A DNA stretch of 64,000 nt from Thermodesulfobacteriota bacterium. GTDB lineage: Bacteria > Desulfobacterota_D > UBA1144 > Nemesobacterales > Mycalebacteriaceae. The notes below the pieces were generated by a model. It saw only the letters and a program-made list of their open reading frames with translations, ran no database searches and had not been told where the DNA came from. The stretch is from contig OZ245366.1 of NCBI GenBank assembly GCA_965226585.1, forward strand, positions 1,152,001 to 1,216,000, written 5' to 3'. Position 1 is the stretch's first letter. Each line of letters opens with the position of its first letter. Positions 47,201 through 56,100 of the stretch are shown one piece after another. A program made the translations under genes and the position numbers.

Positions 47201-49704
47201 AGATTATCTTGTATAACACAACCGTAACCTCACAGGCAGACGGGAGCAGGTCTCAGGTTATCAACGCGAGCAGTGTTTCCGGAAATATGTTGCTTGACGT
47301 ATTCGGCGGAAGCGTGACTGTCGGCGGAGATGCAAGCAACTTTATAAGAGCGGTTTCCGGCAGTGGCGATATTGCCCTCAAAGTAAAAGATCACACTCCC
47401 AGTCTGGGAGTGGACGCGGACGTAACGAACGGCGGGATGGCGGGGGCGCATCTAATTCATATGGAAACGGCAACGGGCAATGTGAGCGCGTCTTTTTCAA
47501 CCATGCTGTCCTCTCTGGACAGGTTGCAATCCACCTTCGCTGAAATGATAAGCGGCACAGATGATGTAACAGTGAGTATGAGCGGAGGGAGTATCAGAAC
47601 GGAGTTTAGAGGCTCCAACATGTTTGTGATGTCGGCGGGGGGGACGGGTGATGTTGTATTTGAAATGACGAGCGCGGCAAACATTCGTTCCGCCAATTCC
47701 TCAATAGTGAGCATTAACGGCATTAACGCCTCCACAGACAGCGGCGATATATTTGTGAACGTAAGCGACGGGACGGTGGCGGACGGAAGCGCAAGCATAA
47801 CCGCGATTCACCTGACGGGGACGGATTCAAGCGCCATTTACGCCGTCAGTAAAAGCGGAAGCATAAGAGTAAATATTGACCAGTTCTCAAAAGTTGAGGC
47901 GACCCGCGCCGCCATAGAATTGGATTACGGGACGGGAGCGACCGGGGAAAGGGTGATTATCAACAACGGCGCGATTATAGGTCCCGTCATAACAACGGCG
48001 ATGGGTGATGTTTTCCAGAACAACGGAACTTTCACGGGTTCGGGCGATATGGGAGCGGGTGATGACTTCTTCAACAATGTGGGAACGATAACCTTGACGG
48101 CGGCTTTTGATATGGGAGCCGGAAGCGACACTTTCATCAACACCGGCACAATAGACGTTTCAAGCACGGGAACGGTTATAAACAACGAGCAGACAAGCCG
48201 GCGGTCGCCTCCTCAAAGCGGCGGCGCGGTTTTCTCATCCGGCGGGGAAGAGCGTTTCCGGCTGGTATCTGCGGAAGCGGATGACGGCTCTCACCGTCCG
48301 ATGACGATAGACATGGGAGACGGAGACGACACCATTGAAAACGAGGGAACTTTCCGGCTGGCTGTGGGAATGGATTTCGGCAGGGGCGATGACGCATTTG
48401 TGAACAACGGAAACATAGTGTTTGAAGACGGCGGGCGGATTGAAAATCTGGAAAGGGTGTCTTTTGGCGGCAATGCCGTTCTGACGGTTGCCGCAGACCC
48501 GAATTCCATGAGCAAGCCGCTTATCAGTATGGAAGGCGAGATAAGCGCGGAAGATTTGCCGGATGGATTACAGATAGCGGTAAGGGGAGACGGCATTTTC
48601 CCTCTGTTTTCTGCGGAATCTCTGCCTCAAGACGCGGGCGAATTGAATGAAATTCTGAATATGGTGCGGCTGGGCGTTGGGCGCGGAAACGGCGCGGGGA
48701 TTGACGGAGACGGCAATCTGTTTTTCACTTTCAGTCATCACACTGTTTCCGGTTTGCTTGCCTATGACGCGCTTATGCAGTCGGGTTTTTATTCCGCGCG
48801 CAATTTCGGCGGTTCGGCTTTGCGCGGAGAGTGCGGATATGCGGGAGAGAAGAGAGCGGAGGAGGAGACTTCATTCGGCGGGTGTTTGTGGGCTTCATCG
48901 GGAGCGCGTTACACGAGGCACAACACTTCGCTTGAATACGGGGAAGACGCTTACTTTTTCATGGGCGGGGTAACTTTTCCGGTTGCGAATTTCCTTATCA
49001 CCGCCGCCGGGGGGTATGAGTCATCAAATCTTGACATAGACGCCGAAGTGATGGACGGCACAATGGGGGCGACTTCCGACAGGTTTGTTGCGGGTGTGGG
49101 AGTTGCCACGGTAATAGCGGACGGCGCGTTTGGCGCGGATATGCGCTTACAAGCGGGGCACACGGAGTTAACGGCGCGGCGCGGTGATGGCGGTGTGTAT
49201 TCTTCAAGCCCTGATTTGCGGACTGTTGGAATATCCGGCGGTGTGGAGAAGCCGATGTTTGCGGGTGAGTTTGTAATAGTCCCGCGTTTTGAGGCTGGGG
49301 TTGTGTATTTGTCTGTTGACGGTTTTACGGAGCAGACACAAACCGGCGCGGATGCGGCTAAATCGCTTGCCGTTGAAGACACGACAGAGTTTTTGATGTA
49401 TTTGAATCCTTCCGTTGAGTTGTTCTACCCTGCGGGAGAGTATGTGGGATTATGGGCGCGGGGCGGCGCGGATATATTGTCAACGTATTACCCTGAGACA
49501 AGGTGGAGAGGAACGATAGACGGCGGCGCCACCGCCGCGAGGAACAACGGAACGATAGACCGTGTTATGTATGACTACGGCGCGGGTTTTGATTTTACCC
49601 CGATGAGCGGAGTGAGTTTGCGTGTTGAGTATGACGGCGGGGTGAGTTCTTCGTTTGATACTTTTATTCAGGAGTTCACGGGGAAAGTTAACGTGGCGTT
49701 TTAG
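41248..49704 (+). CDS. Giant autotransporter-like adhesin AT2 (2818 aa)
   Basis: Signal peptide ending PAYA-Q, repetitive beta-rich passenger, DMGxGDD motifs, C-terminal barrel-like domain ending KVNVAF. Confidence 0.88.
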   Translation: MVLKIQKALFTALTAILLISAISPFPAYAQDCTTVSSVNSSTSCTSATSDITVTMQGAIITLKPPDRDGITTETGGSGTITATFSEEGRIASRLHDGGNGFRATTDAGNITVSVDARNAGIFMYLPREQNNFRDNKGATLTSATGDISVSVTNTSAILASAVGDSYGLAAETTGAEGTVNIVLRNDNACIVGRNGVIANTVGGGTNLLLSHSLIVGTGADGKAFAAKSTGAGGISATIANESSVKARKRNSAAFVASSAGGDVSLVITNSAGVGTNRTGSSAVNVSAGGSGKIVIDVTGNGGINGSNIIARGSGSTAVDANTQTGAIFFNVVDTNSIVESEGGENAVSLTSESGDINIKVSGGTVEGGASTKSVIKAVTGGGGAITALFEGASNIRTKPETVDAWAVDLSTESGDLMVQVANGFTFRTEKGVRAVSDSGDVTVNGYSGYSPAGGYAYVSSNSGTASFVTNAQFSHFFNVLGATAVTANTVDGNASVMIVGTPSSPYLPDAVDARFIVATATGKGNVSVEYDPGNPGASITLGHNAVAVATSADSGNTSIKFGSSRVTTLAKQNQKVIDATSGTGDINLEFEGSSASLGTSSGTRLADVTSTGGDIAVTVSQTPSSSGLNFAGGRGLSLSTGGTGNITAVFTSALLYTGSSAVDASSVDGNIIVSVASASTLETRGAGGEAVKAATQTGDIFFNVTDALSTVISLAGTNAVSLASASGNISIEVKGGGDVRGGATTDSVIRASTGGNGTITALLDSAASNIQTPSGTDAYALNLSSESGNISVKFANGFQTRTVKGAHAVSDSGDVTVSGGGFFAVAGASRYAYISSNSGTASFVPDSTFSQVYEAVGATFIEANTVDGNANVSISGISFGIDIVSAGGRAFVASATGRGNVSVAFTPANPSYSSKLDLGHNAVGVETVADSGSTNITISVPFIQLSGENEHNQKIVSATSGTGNISVVFERVSAAFGGSTGTRLADITSAGGNISVLVDRTSFLNRGMNFAGGRGLSLSTGGTGNIAANFLSTSVFTSEEAVNATSVDGDIIVSLADMARLETRGAGYSAVNATSVGGNITVSLANLARLETWGAGNPAVNATVSGAGNIVIDVKGVGGRNGSNITALGAGAEAVKAETASGDIFFNVLNRDSFVKSAGGTKAVSLTSAGGNISIELKGSRAKIEGGTEADSIVRAHTTGSGAITAVIDGSLSTIRTPTDTVNAYALNLSTESGNISVTTSGGFQYRTLKGIYAVSDSGDITVHDTPAFPSKGGHIYLSSNSGAASFVAGGTGFFSPELSGEGSVGAAIIEVNTVSGNANVSIANITSSIGAASADGRAIVASATGTGNINVVYRPNFGAALRLGHNAVGVLTVADSGDTSIELSPTQIIGSPQTQNQRVISATSGAGDIRIVFDRASIDLAANPGAHLADITSASGDINFFLANGSGAIGGANFARGRGLVLKTGGTGSITANFAPAFVMARETAAEAKTDAGKLIFEISSRLTSTGDNVETVSMKTGSGTAFVNAASGTNILATGSSGSTALAVETGTGTITANVLPGARIESVGAAENAVSLISGGGSVLLLIKSGYAVSEDDTSSTPVPNGIVSTGDNANTVAISSQSGSVSVRTLKAEGAEHGAYVRASGTGSRAFSVSTGSSGGTSIYMREEATVRAFGRDSTVLSANTDAGLLILQFDDADARARGENAHIVEAQTNSGTMSIQFKDTNIETTDGDAVVFSSNYDIEKDDNIERNAMTGKKDKKPTNINGVLAIDILNGAAIKAGGDDRNAVRVSTVSGSVQVSLYLGVAGAVSPPSLRSTGKNGHAIAVSSNSGDLRVSSTAPQGRFEGDETDVLMNTISGDIIFTMVDPQGFGQNGFLRAVTNSGDISVRTVNASPFPSQPDSVAYDLIATTGNVSANIIRGGGVTGDDRGIYVNASTVSGEISLTFDDGDPPSTVVRTSSIRVGGHGGSTDESAIATSTSSGDTKIILYNTTVTSQADGSRSQVINASSVSGNMLLDVFGGSVTVGGDASNFIRAVSGSGDIALKVKDHTPSLGVDADVTNGGMAGAHLIHMETATGNVSASFSTMLSSLDRLQSTFAEMISGTDDVTVSMSGGSIRTEFRGSNMFVMSAGGTGDVVFEMTSAANIRSANSSIVSINGINASTDSGDIFVNVSDGTVADGSASITAIHLTGTDSSAIYAVSKSGSIRVNIDQFSKVEATRAAIELDYGTGATGERVIINNGAIIGPVITTAMGDVFQNNGTFTGSGDMGAGDDFFNNVGTITLTAAFDMGAGSDTFINTGTIDVSSTGTVINNEQTSRRSPPQSGGAVFSSGGEERFRLVSAEADDGSHRPMTIDMGDGDDTIENEGTFRLAVGMDFGRGDDAFVNNGNIVFEDGGRIENLERVSFGGNAVLTVAADPNSMSKPLISMEGEISAEDLPDGLQIAVRGDGIFPLFSAESLPQDAGELNEILNMVRLGVGRGNGAGIDGDGNLFFTFSHHTVSGLLAYDALMQSGFYSARNFGGSALRGECGYAGEKRAEEETSFGGCLWASSGARYTRHNTSLEYGEDAYFFMGGVTFPVANFLITAAGGYESSNLDIDAEVMDGTMGATSDRFVAGVGVATVIADGAFGADMRLQAGHTELTARRGDGGVYSSSPDLRTVGISGGVEKPMFAGEFVIVPRFEAGVVYLSVDGFTEQTQTGADAAKSLAVEDTTEFLMYLNPSVELFYPAGEYVGLWARGGADILSTYYPETRWRGTIDGGATAARNNGTIDRVMYDYGAGFDFTPMSGVSLRVEYDGGVSSSFDTFIQEFTGKVNVAF

Positions 49705-50136
49705 TTGCGCCTTCCGTTTTAGTTGCGTCTTTTCCGTTATTCCCGCCCTCTCTGTTATTCCCGCCCTCTCCGTCATTCCCGCCCTCTCCGTCATTCCGTT
49801 GCCTTCTCCGTCATTCCTGCGAAAGCAGGAATCCAGTATTGGTTAGCCAGTTGAATACTGGATTCCGTGTCAAGCACGGAATGACGGAAAGGAAAAAAAG
49901 CACGGAATGACACTCTTCCCCGTCATTCCTGCGGAAGCAGGAATCCAGTATTAATTAACCAGTTGAATACTGGATTCCGTGTCAGGCACGGAATGACGGG
50001 AAGGGGAAAAAGCACGGAATGACACACTCCTCCGTCATTCCTGCGGAAGCAGGAATCCAGTATTACCCAACCAGTTGAATACTGGATTCCGTGTCAAGCA
50101 CGGAATGACGGAAAAGGGAAAAAGGCACGGAATGAC
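49697..50136. repeat. Palindromic element array between the convergent AT2 and AT3 genes
   Basis: 18-20-bp tandem partial units (49697-49809), then three complete 76-bp elements starting at 49810, 49922 and 50034 (period 112). Confidence 0.95.
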
Positions 50137-50141
50137 GGGTC

Positions 50142-53100
50142 TTAAAACCTGTAATTAACCCCGCCCCTGAACTGTTGCACAAAGGTATCTACCGAAGAAC
50201 TCACTCCGCCGCCATATTCAAAACTCACATTAAACTTCTCATAAGGGCTGTATTCAAAACCCGCTCCGTAGGTGAACATCACCCTGTCCATTGTGCCGTC
50301 AACGGGAACATTATCCCTCGCAAGCCTTCCTTCAATCTCCGACTCTGGGTTAAGCACCTGTATATCCGCCCCGGTTCTTATCCACATGTTTATCGTCTCA
50401 TTGAGAGGACTCCGTGCCTCTATTGACGGACTCACGTACACAAGCAACTCGCTTATCTCATCTACCCCAAAGGCATCCATCGCCGCCGCCGCCGCATCTG
50501 TTCCTGTTGTAAGCGAAGTCTCAACAAACTTGTCCGCCGTTATTTGCGATGCTCCAACCGCTACACGGGGGAAGAAAGCAAACTCTCCCATTAAGAACGG
50601 TCTTGCCGCGCCTATCTCGCCGCCGAATACCGTTGCGTCCACATCCGCAGAGTAACTGTTGCCCGCCGTTCTGGTCGCTTCCCAACTTGTTGACCCGTAA
50701 CGCAGGTTGCCGTCAATAACAAACTCATCAACCAACGCCTCGGCAAATATGCCGCCCATAAACCTTGTTGCGTCTCCGCTTGCTTTGCCCAGTCCTTTTG
50801 TGTCCGCCGCAGTCTCTGTTTCTGAACTCGCGTCTATATCCGATATCTCATATCCGCCCGCGATGGAAACAAGCACTCCGCTGAATGGCGCGGAAAAACC
50901 GCCGGTGAAGGAATAAACATCCTCGTCATATTGTATCGCCGATGTGTGCCTTGTGTATCTTCCGCCCGATGTTGCCCATACACATCCGCCAGTCCAAAAC
51001 TCCCCTTCTATCTCATCACTCGCCGCTCCGCTGATTCCGCATCCTCTTGCCAACTTATCGGCAAAGTTTCTGTCTGAACGATAGGCGGACTGTATCAGCG
51101 CGTCATATACATCCAAACTTGTGTCTTTGTGCGATGTCGCTCTCAAAAACAGGTTGCCGTTTTCGTCTGTCTCAACACTTATCCTTTCGCCTATCTCCGC
51201 GCTCAGGCGGTCTGCAACTTCCTGCCTTTCTTCGCCGTCCGGCAGAGCTTCCGCTTCAAAAATTGTGTATTCCGTTACATGCGCGCCGGGAACTTCAACT
51301 TCAACATTGAAACCCTCAACATCTTCGGCGGTTATCGTCCCCTCAAGGTCTATCAGCGGGTTGCCCGCAACGCTTTCAGGGTCTGCCATAATAACAAGGG
51401 TTGAGTTTGCACCGAAAGATATTTTCTCAAGCCCGTTAATCGTTTCCCCGCTCCTTATTACCAAAGTTCCGTTGACTGTCAGAGTGTCTCCATCGCTATC
51501 TCCAAAGTTCAGAGAACCGCCGCCCGATTTCTCCGGCTCCGTTTCCACAAACTCAGCGGTTCCCGCAGAACCGAGACGGGAACGCCCGTCTCCGCCGGAT
51601 GACACAGAACGCCTGCCGCTACTACTGCTGGTGGTAGTAATATTCGTGCCGTCATACACCGCGCCTGCGGCTATGGTAACACTTGCGCCGCCCACAACAG
51701 CCGATGTGTCTATATCGCCATACACCTTGCCGGTGCCGCCAACCGTAACTTCTCTCTTGTCGTAGCCAAGGGTTCCTGTTCCCACCTTCGCGCCCGCAGA
51801 CATTTTTATCGCCACGCCGCCCGTTACGTTCACGCTTCCGTTCACCCAAACAAAAGCCCCGCCGTTTGCCGTGTTCGCGGAAATCCCGGTTCCCGAAATA
51901 ACCGCCCCGCCGTTTGCGTACACCGCCGAACCTTCTTCAATAATTACATTTGCATATCCGGTATCAGCCCGCGCTATTATCGCCTTCGCGCCGTTTCCAC
52001 TCGCGTTCACAACTGCCTGTCCTGAAACGGTAATGGCAACATTCCCGCTTCCGCTTGACGCGCCCCGGAACGCGCTTGACCTGTCAGGGATGACTGACAG
52101 CCGCGAGTCTTCGCTCATTGAAAAAGAGATGTCTCCGTTTTCCGTCTCCGCGACAATCGCGTCTGAAGCGGAATGCCCGCGCATAATCACCTGAGAGGTG
52201 TTGGCAAGCGCAATGTTTATGTTTCCGTCCGCGCTGTTCGCGTAGATGGCTCCGGCGGTGGTTCCGTGATCCGGCAATCCGGCTATGACCTGCGCGCCGC
52301 CTTTCAAACTGACGGTTGTAACCCCGTTAATCATTTCCGACACGATGCCGCTTGACAGGTCTCCTGCCGCCTCTATCCGGGAGTTGTCTGATGCGTTAAG
52401 GAAAAAGTTCACATCATCGCCGCCCGCGACTGCGCGAATGGCTGTGCTGTTCCCCGCGCTTGTCCGAATACGCGCGTTTGCGGACATATTGAAGATTATA
52501 GACCCTCTGTTCTGGCTTGCATCCACGCCGCCGGAGTCAGCCGCGTTTGTGAAGACCGCCGCATTGCCTCTTATGTTGAGGCGGAACAAGTCTCCGTCAT
52601 TTATTTCCGCCAGCAGAGCCGTGCCGGAGACCCCTTCCGTGTAAATTTCCGTGCCGCCTTCCAAAACCGCAACGGCGGCTACATAGCCGTATCCCCCGCC
52701 CGGCCGGTGTGTCTTTATGCTGAGGGCTGAACTGTTTTCCCCTTCGCTGAATATTTTCGCAGAGTTTCCGCTTGATCTGAAAAATACGTCAAATGATTCC
52801 TGGGAAGCGGTTGTTATCTCAACTGCGGAGGCATTCGCCCCGTTTGACCACACTCTCAAGGGTCCTCCCATAAGTCTCACCTCAATATCTCCGAAGGGCT
52901 GAGAGGCGTTCACCTCCATAGTGTTCACATTATTGCCGGTTGTCCATACATCGGTGTCTCCCCGAACGTTAAGCCGGACTGTACTCGTTTCTTCAGTTGC
53001 AATCGCGCTTGCGCCGCCGGTTGCCCAAATTGTGGAATCCTCAACCGTCATGGATACGCTTCTCGCTATGACGATATCACCCGGCACGGTGCGGTTTGCC

Positions 53101-56100
53101 GAGTGCGCGGCAACGGCTCTTACACCCTCCGCCACCCGCGCCGAGGCGTTCACGTTGTTCATATAGACATCAGTGGAGGAAATAGCCTTGCCGTCTCTTC
53201 CGTTTGCCCACGCTGTTACTCTATAGACACTAACGCGGCGGGGCAGAAAAAAGCCGGGGGAACTGCTGGTGTAATGGCTGATGGCGACAGAGTTCACCCC
53301 CTCCGCCCAAACTTCTGACGATAGGTCACGGGAGTGGATGCTGTTCCCCGTAATCGTTACGGAGTTCGCCCCGTTTGACCACATTTTTGAACCCTCGCTC
53401 ATGTCGAACCTGCCGGATATGCTTGCCGTTACGGATGAATTGCCTTCAGTCCACAATTCCGCCGACTTCGTAATCTCAAATCTTTCCGCTAAAATCGCCG
53501 CGCTTCCCTCGCCGTTTGCCCACACTTTCGTGTCCGCCCCGCGCACGGTGGCTTCGGAACTTACAACAGTAACGCTGGTGTTTCCCTCAGACCACACTTT
53601 TGAGCCGCCTCTGATTCTCACATTCCGCGCGATGGCGGTGGTGCTGAAATCGCCGTTTGACCAGACACGGGGATCTGAGGCGGCGACAAAGGTTACGGCG
53701 GAAATGGTGTTGCTGTTATCCCCCTCCGTCCACACACTCGCTTGCCCTCTTGTTACACTAATCTCACTCGCCAAAGCCGCCCCGCTTCCGTATCCGTTAG
53801 CCCACACCTTTCCTCTGGAAAGTTTCACGTTAATACCGGGCGCCGCCGCAACGGTTGTGCTGTTCGCCCCTTCAGACCAAATCCTCTGCCTCACACCCGA
53901 GGTTTGATCGTCCACAGTAAAACTTCCGTTCTCGCCAACCGCGCCCGCCCTGTCTATGCGGAGGGTTACGCTTTCACTGCCTTTTGACCACACTTTTATT
54001 CGAGACGGCGCTCTGAGCCGGAGGGCGGTATTGCTGTAAATGGTGATTGTCGCGCTGCCCGCCCCCGTGCTTCCCAACTCTTTTGCGGGCAGATACCCCG
54101 CCATTTGTCCAACTGGAAGCCAGGCGTAGTTGAACGCGAGGGCGGAGCTGTTTTCGCCTGTTGTCCATACGGCGTTTGTCTTTTCAAAGGTGATAACTGA
54201 TGAATCTCCCAGCGGGATGAACCCGTCAAAGACAGTTATCTCCTCCGGGTTTGGTCCGGGGAAACTTTCGTCTTCCTGAACCGTTGTTGAGAATAATGTC
54301 CAGTCAGATCTTCCCGTCCAGAACGAAGAGTTGTAGGAGGCAACGGTAACTGTTCCTCCTTCTATGTTGGCGGCATGAAAAAACGCTCCCAGTTGGTGTT
54401 CAAATCCGATGGTTGAGTTGTGAAGGTTGAGGGTAACGTCCTTTGCCGCCGCCTTAATTTCAAAAGGCGTGGAGAAATCCCCCTTAGCCCACACTTCCGA
54501 GTTGTTCACGGTTATATTTTCGTCAACCGAAACGGCGTTGCTTGGCGACGACCCGTTTGCCCATATTTTCACGCCGTCAATTACTGAGGGTCCGCCCCTT
54601 ATGATAACGGTTGTGCTGTTTGCCCCTTCCGTCCAGAACTCCGCCCTGTCTCCTTCGGTGGAGGAGATAAAAACAGCTCCGCCGCCGCTTGAGACATTCA
54701 CCGCCGAACTTTCCTCTCCCTCAGCCCACACCTTGCCCGCAGTGGTGTACGCAACAGGTCCGCTTCCCGTTTCCAGACGGACTGTCGCGCTTCTGTATCC
54801 TTCCGTCCATGCCTTTCTCACGTTGAAGTGGCCGCCCAAGTCCGCCGGGCTTGCTCCCTGATTTTCAAATACGATGGCTGAACTGCGGAAGCCGTTTGCC
54901 CAAACCGAGTCTATGTTCTCAAAACTCATGCGGCTTGTGATTACCGTGTTGTCAATCCTTGCCGTTGCCGTTCCGCTTCCCGCGACTACCGCCGAGAATA
55001 CTCTGGCTATATCTTTTCCCATCCAGAAAGAGGAGTTTTCCGAAGCAACCGATACTGTTCCGCCGAGTCCTTCCGTGATTCCAAAAAACGCGCCTTGAGC
55101 CGTATCAGAGCCGACAACCGAGTTGTAAAGTTTGAAGTCAACCTCTCCGCTCCGCAGTCCGGACAGTCTGAAAATTGTTCCCTGCCCCACAGCGGAAAGG
55201 TTTGACGAGTTCACGATTACGGTTGCCTTTTTTCCGCTTCCCGACACAGTTGCGTCAACCGCGACCGTCCTGAGTCCCTCAGTCCACAAGGTTGAGTTTT
55301 CTATGGTAACGGATGTTTGCGCGGAAATGGCGTTGCTGTCTGCCCCGTTTGCCCACACTTTCAAGCCGGTAACCGTTGCGATGTTTGCTTTTACGGCTGA
55401 AGAGCGGGCTCCCTCCGCCCAAACTTCTCCCGTTCCGTCTGTTGAACTGATGGCAACCGTTCCCGAACTGTTTCCCGTAACCGCCACATCTCCCGCCCCG
55501 TTTGCCCAGACCCTTGATCCGCCGAGCAAGTCCGCCGTTCCCGCCGCCATCGCGTTTGCCATTTTACCCGCGCCGGTTGCCGCCCATATATCCGAGCCCT
55601 TTATTGTCGCGCTTTCTTCCGATGAAACTGCGTTGCCGCCTGACCCCCCTTTTACCCACACTTTCAAGCCGGTAACCGTTGCGGTGTCTGCTTTTATGGC
55701 TGAAGCCCGGAAGCCCTGCGCCCAAATTCCTCCCGTTCCGTCTGCTGAACTAACGGCAACCGTTCCCGAACCGTTTCCCGTAACCGCCACATCTCCCGCC
55801 CCTTTTGCCCAGACCCTTGCTCCGCCGAGTAATTCCACCACTCCCGCCGCTACCGCTTTTGCCGTTTTACCGTTGCCGGTTTGCGCCCATAAAGTCGCGC
55901 CGTTTATTGTTACGCTTTCTTCCGATGAAACTGCGCTGCCGCCTTCTCCTCTCGTCCAAATCTCTCCCGTTCCGTCAGATGATGTGATGGTTACCGCGCC
56001 CGAATCTTCCGCCCTAACCGCAGACGCGCCCACGCCTCTAGCCCAAACTTTTCCCATGGTTGAGATGTTGACCGTCTCAGCGATTACAGTCGTGCTGTTA

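Noticed and set aside
37475..51430. Diversity-generating retroelement (near-identical 3' regions of AT1 and AT3 as template/variable repeats)
   Set aside because: There is no reverse transcriptase in the window, both copies are coding, the shared region is about 1.3 kb, and the differences I inspected are mainly synonymous rather than adenine-specific.
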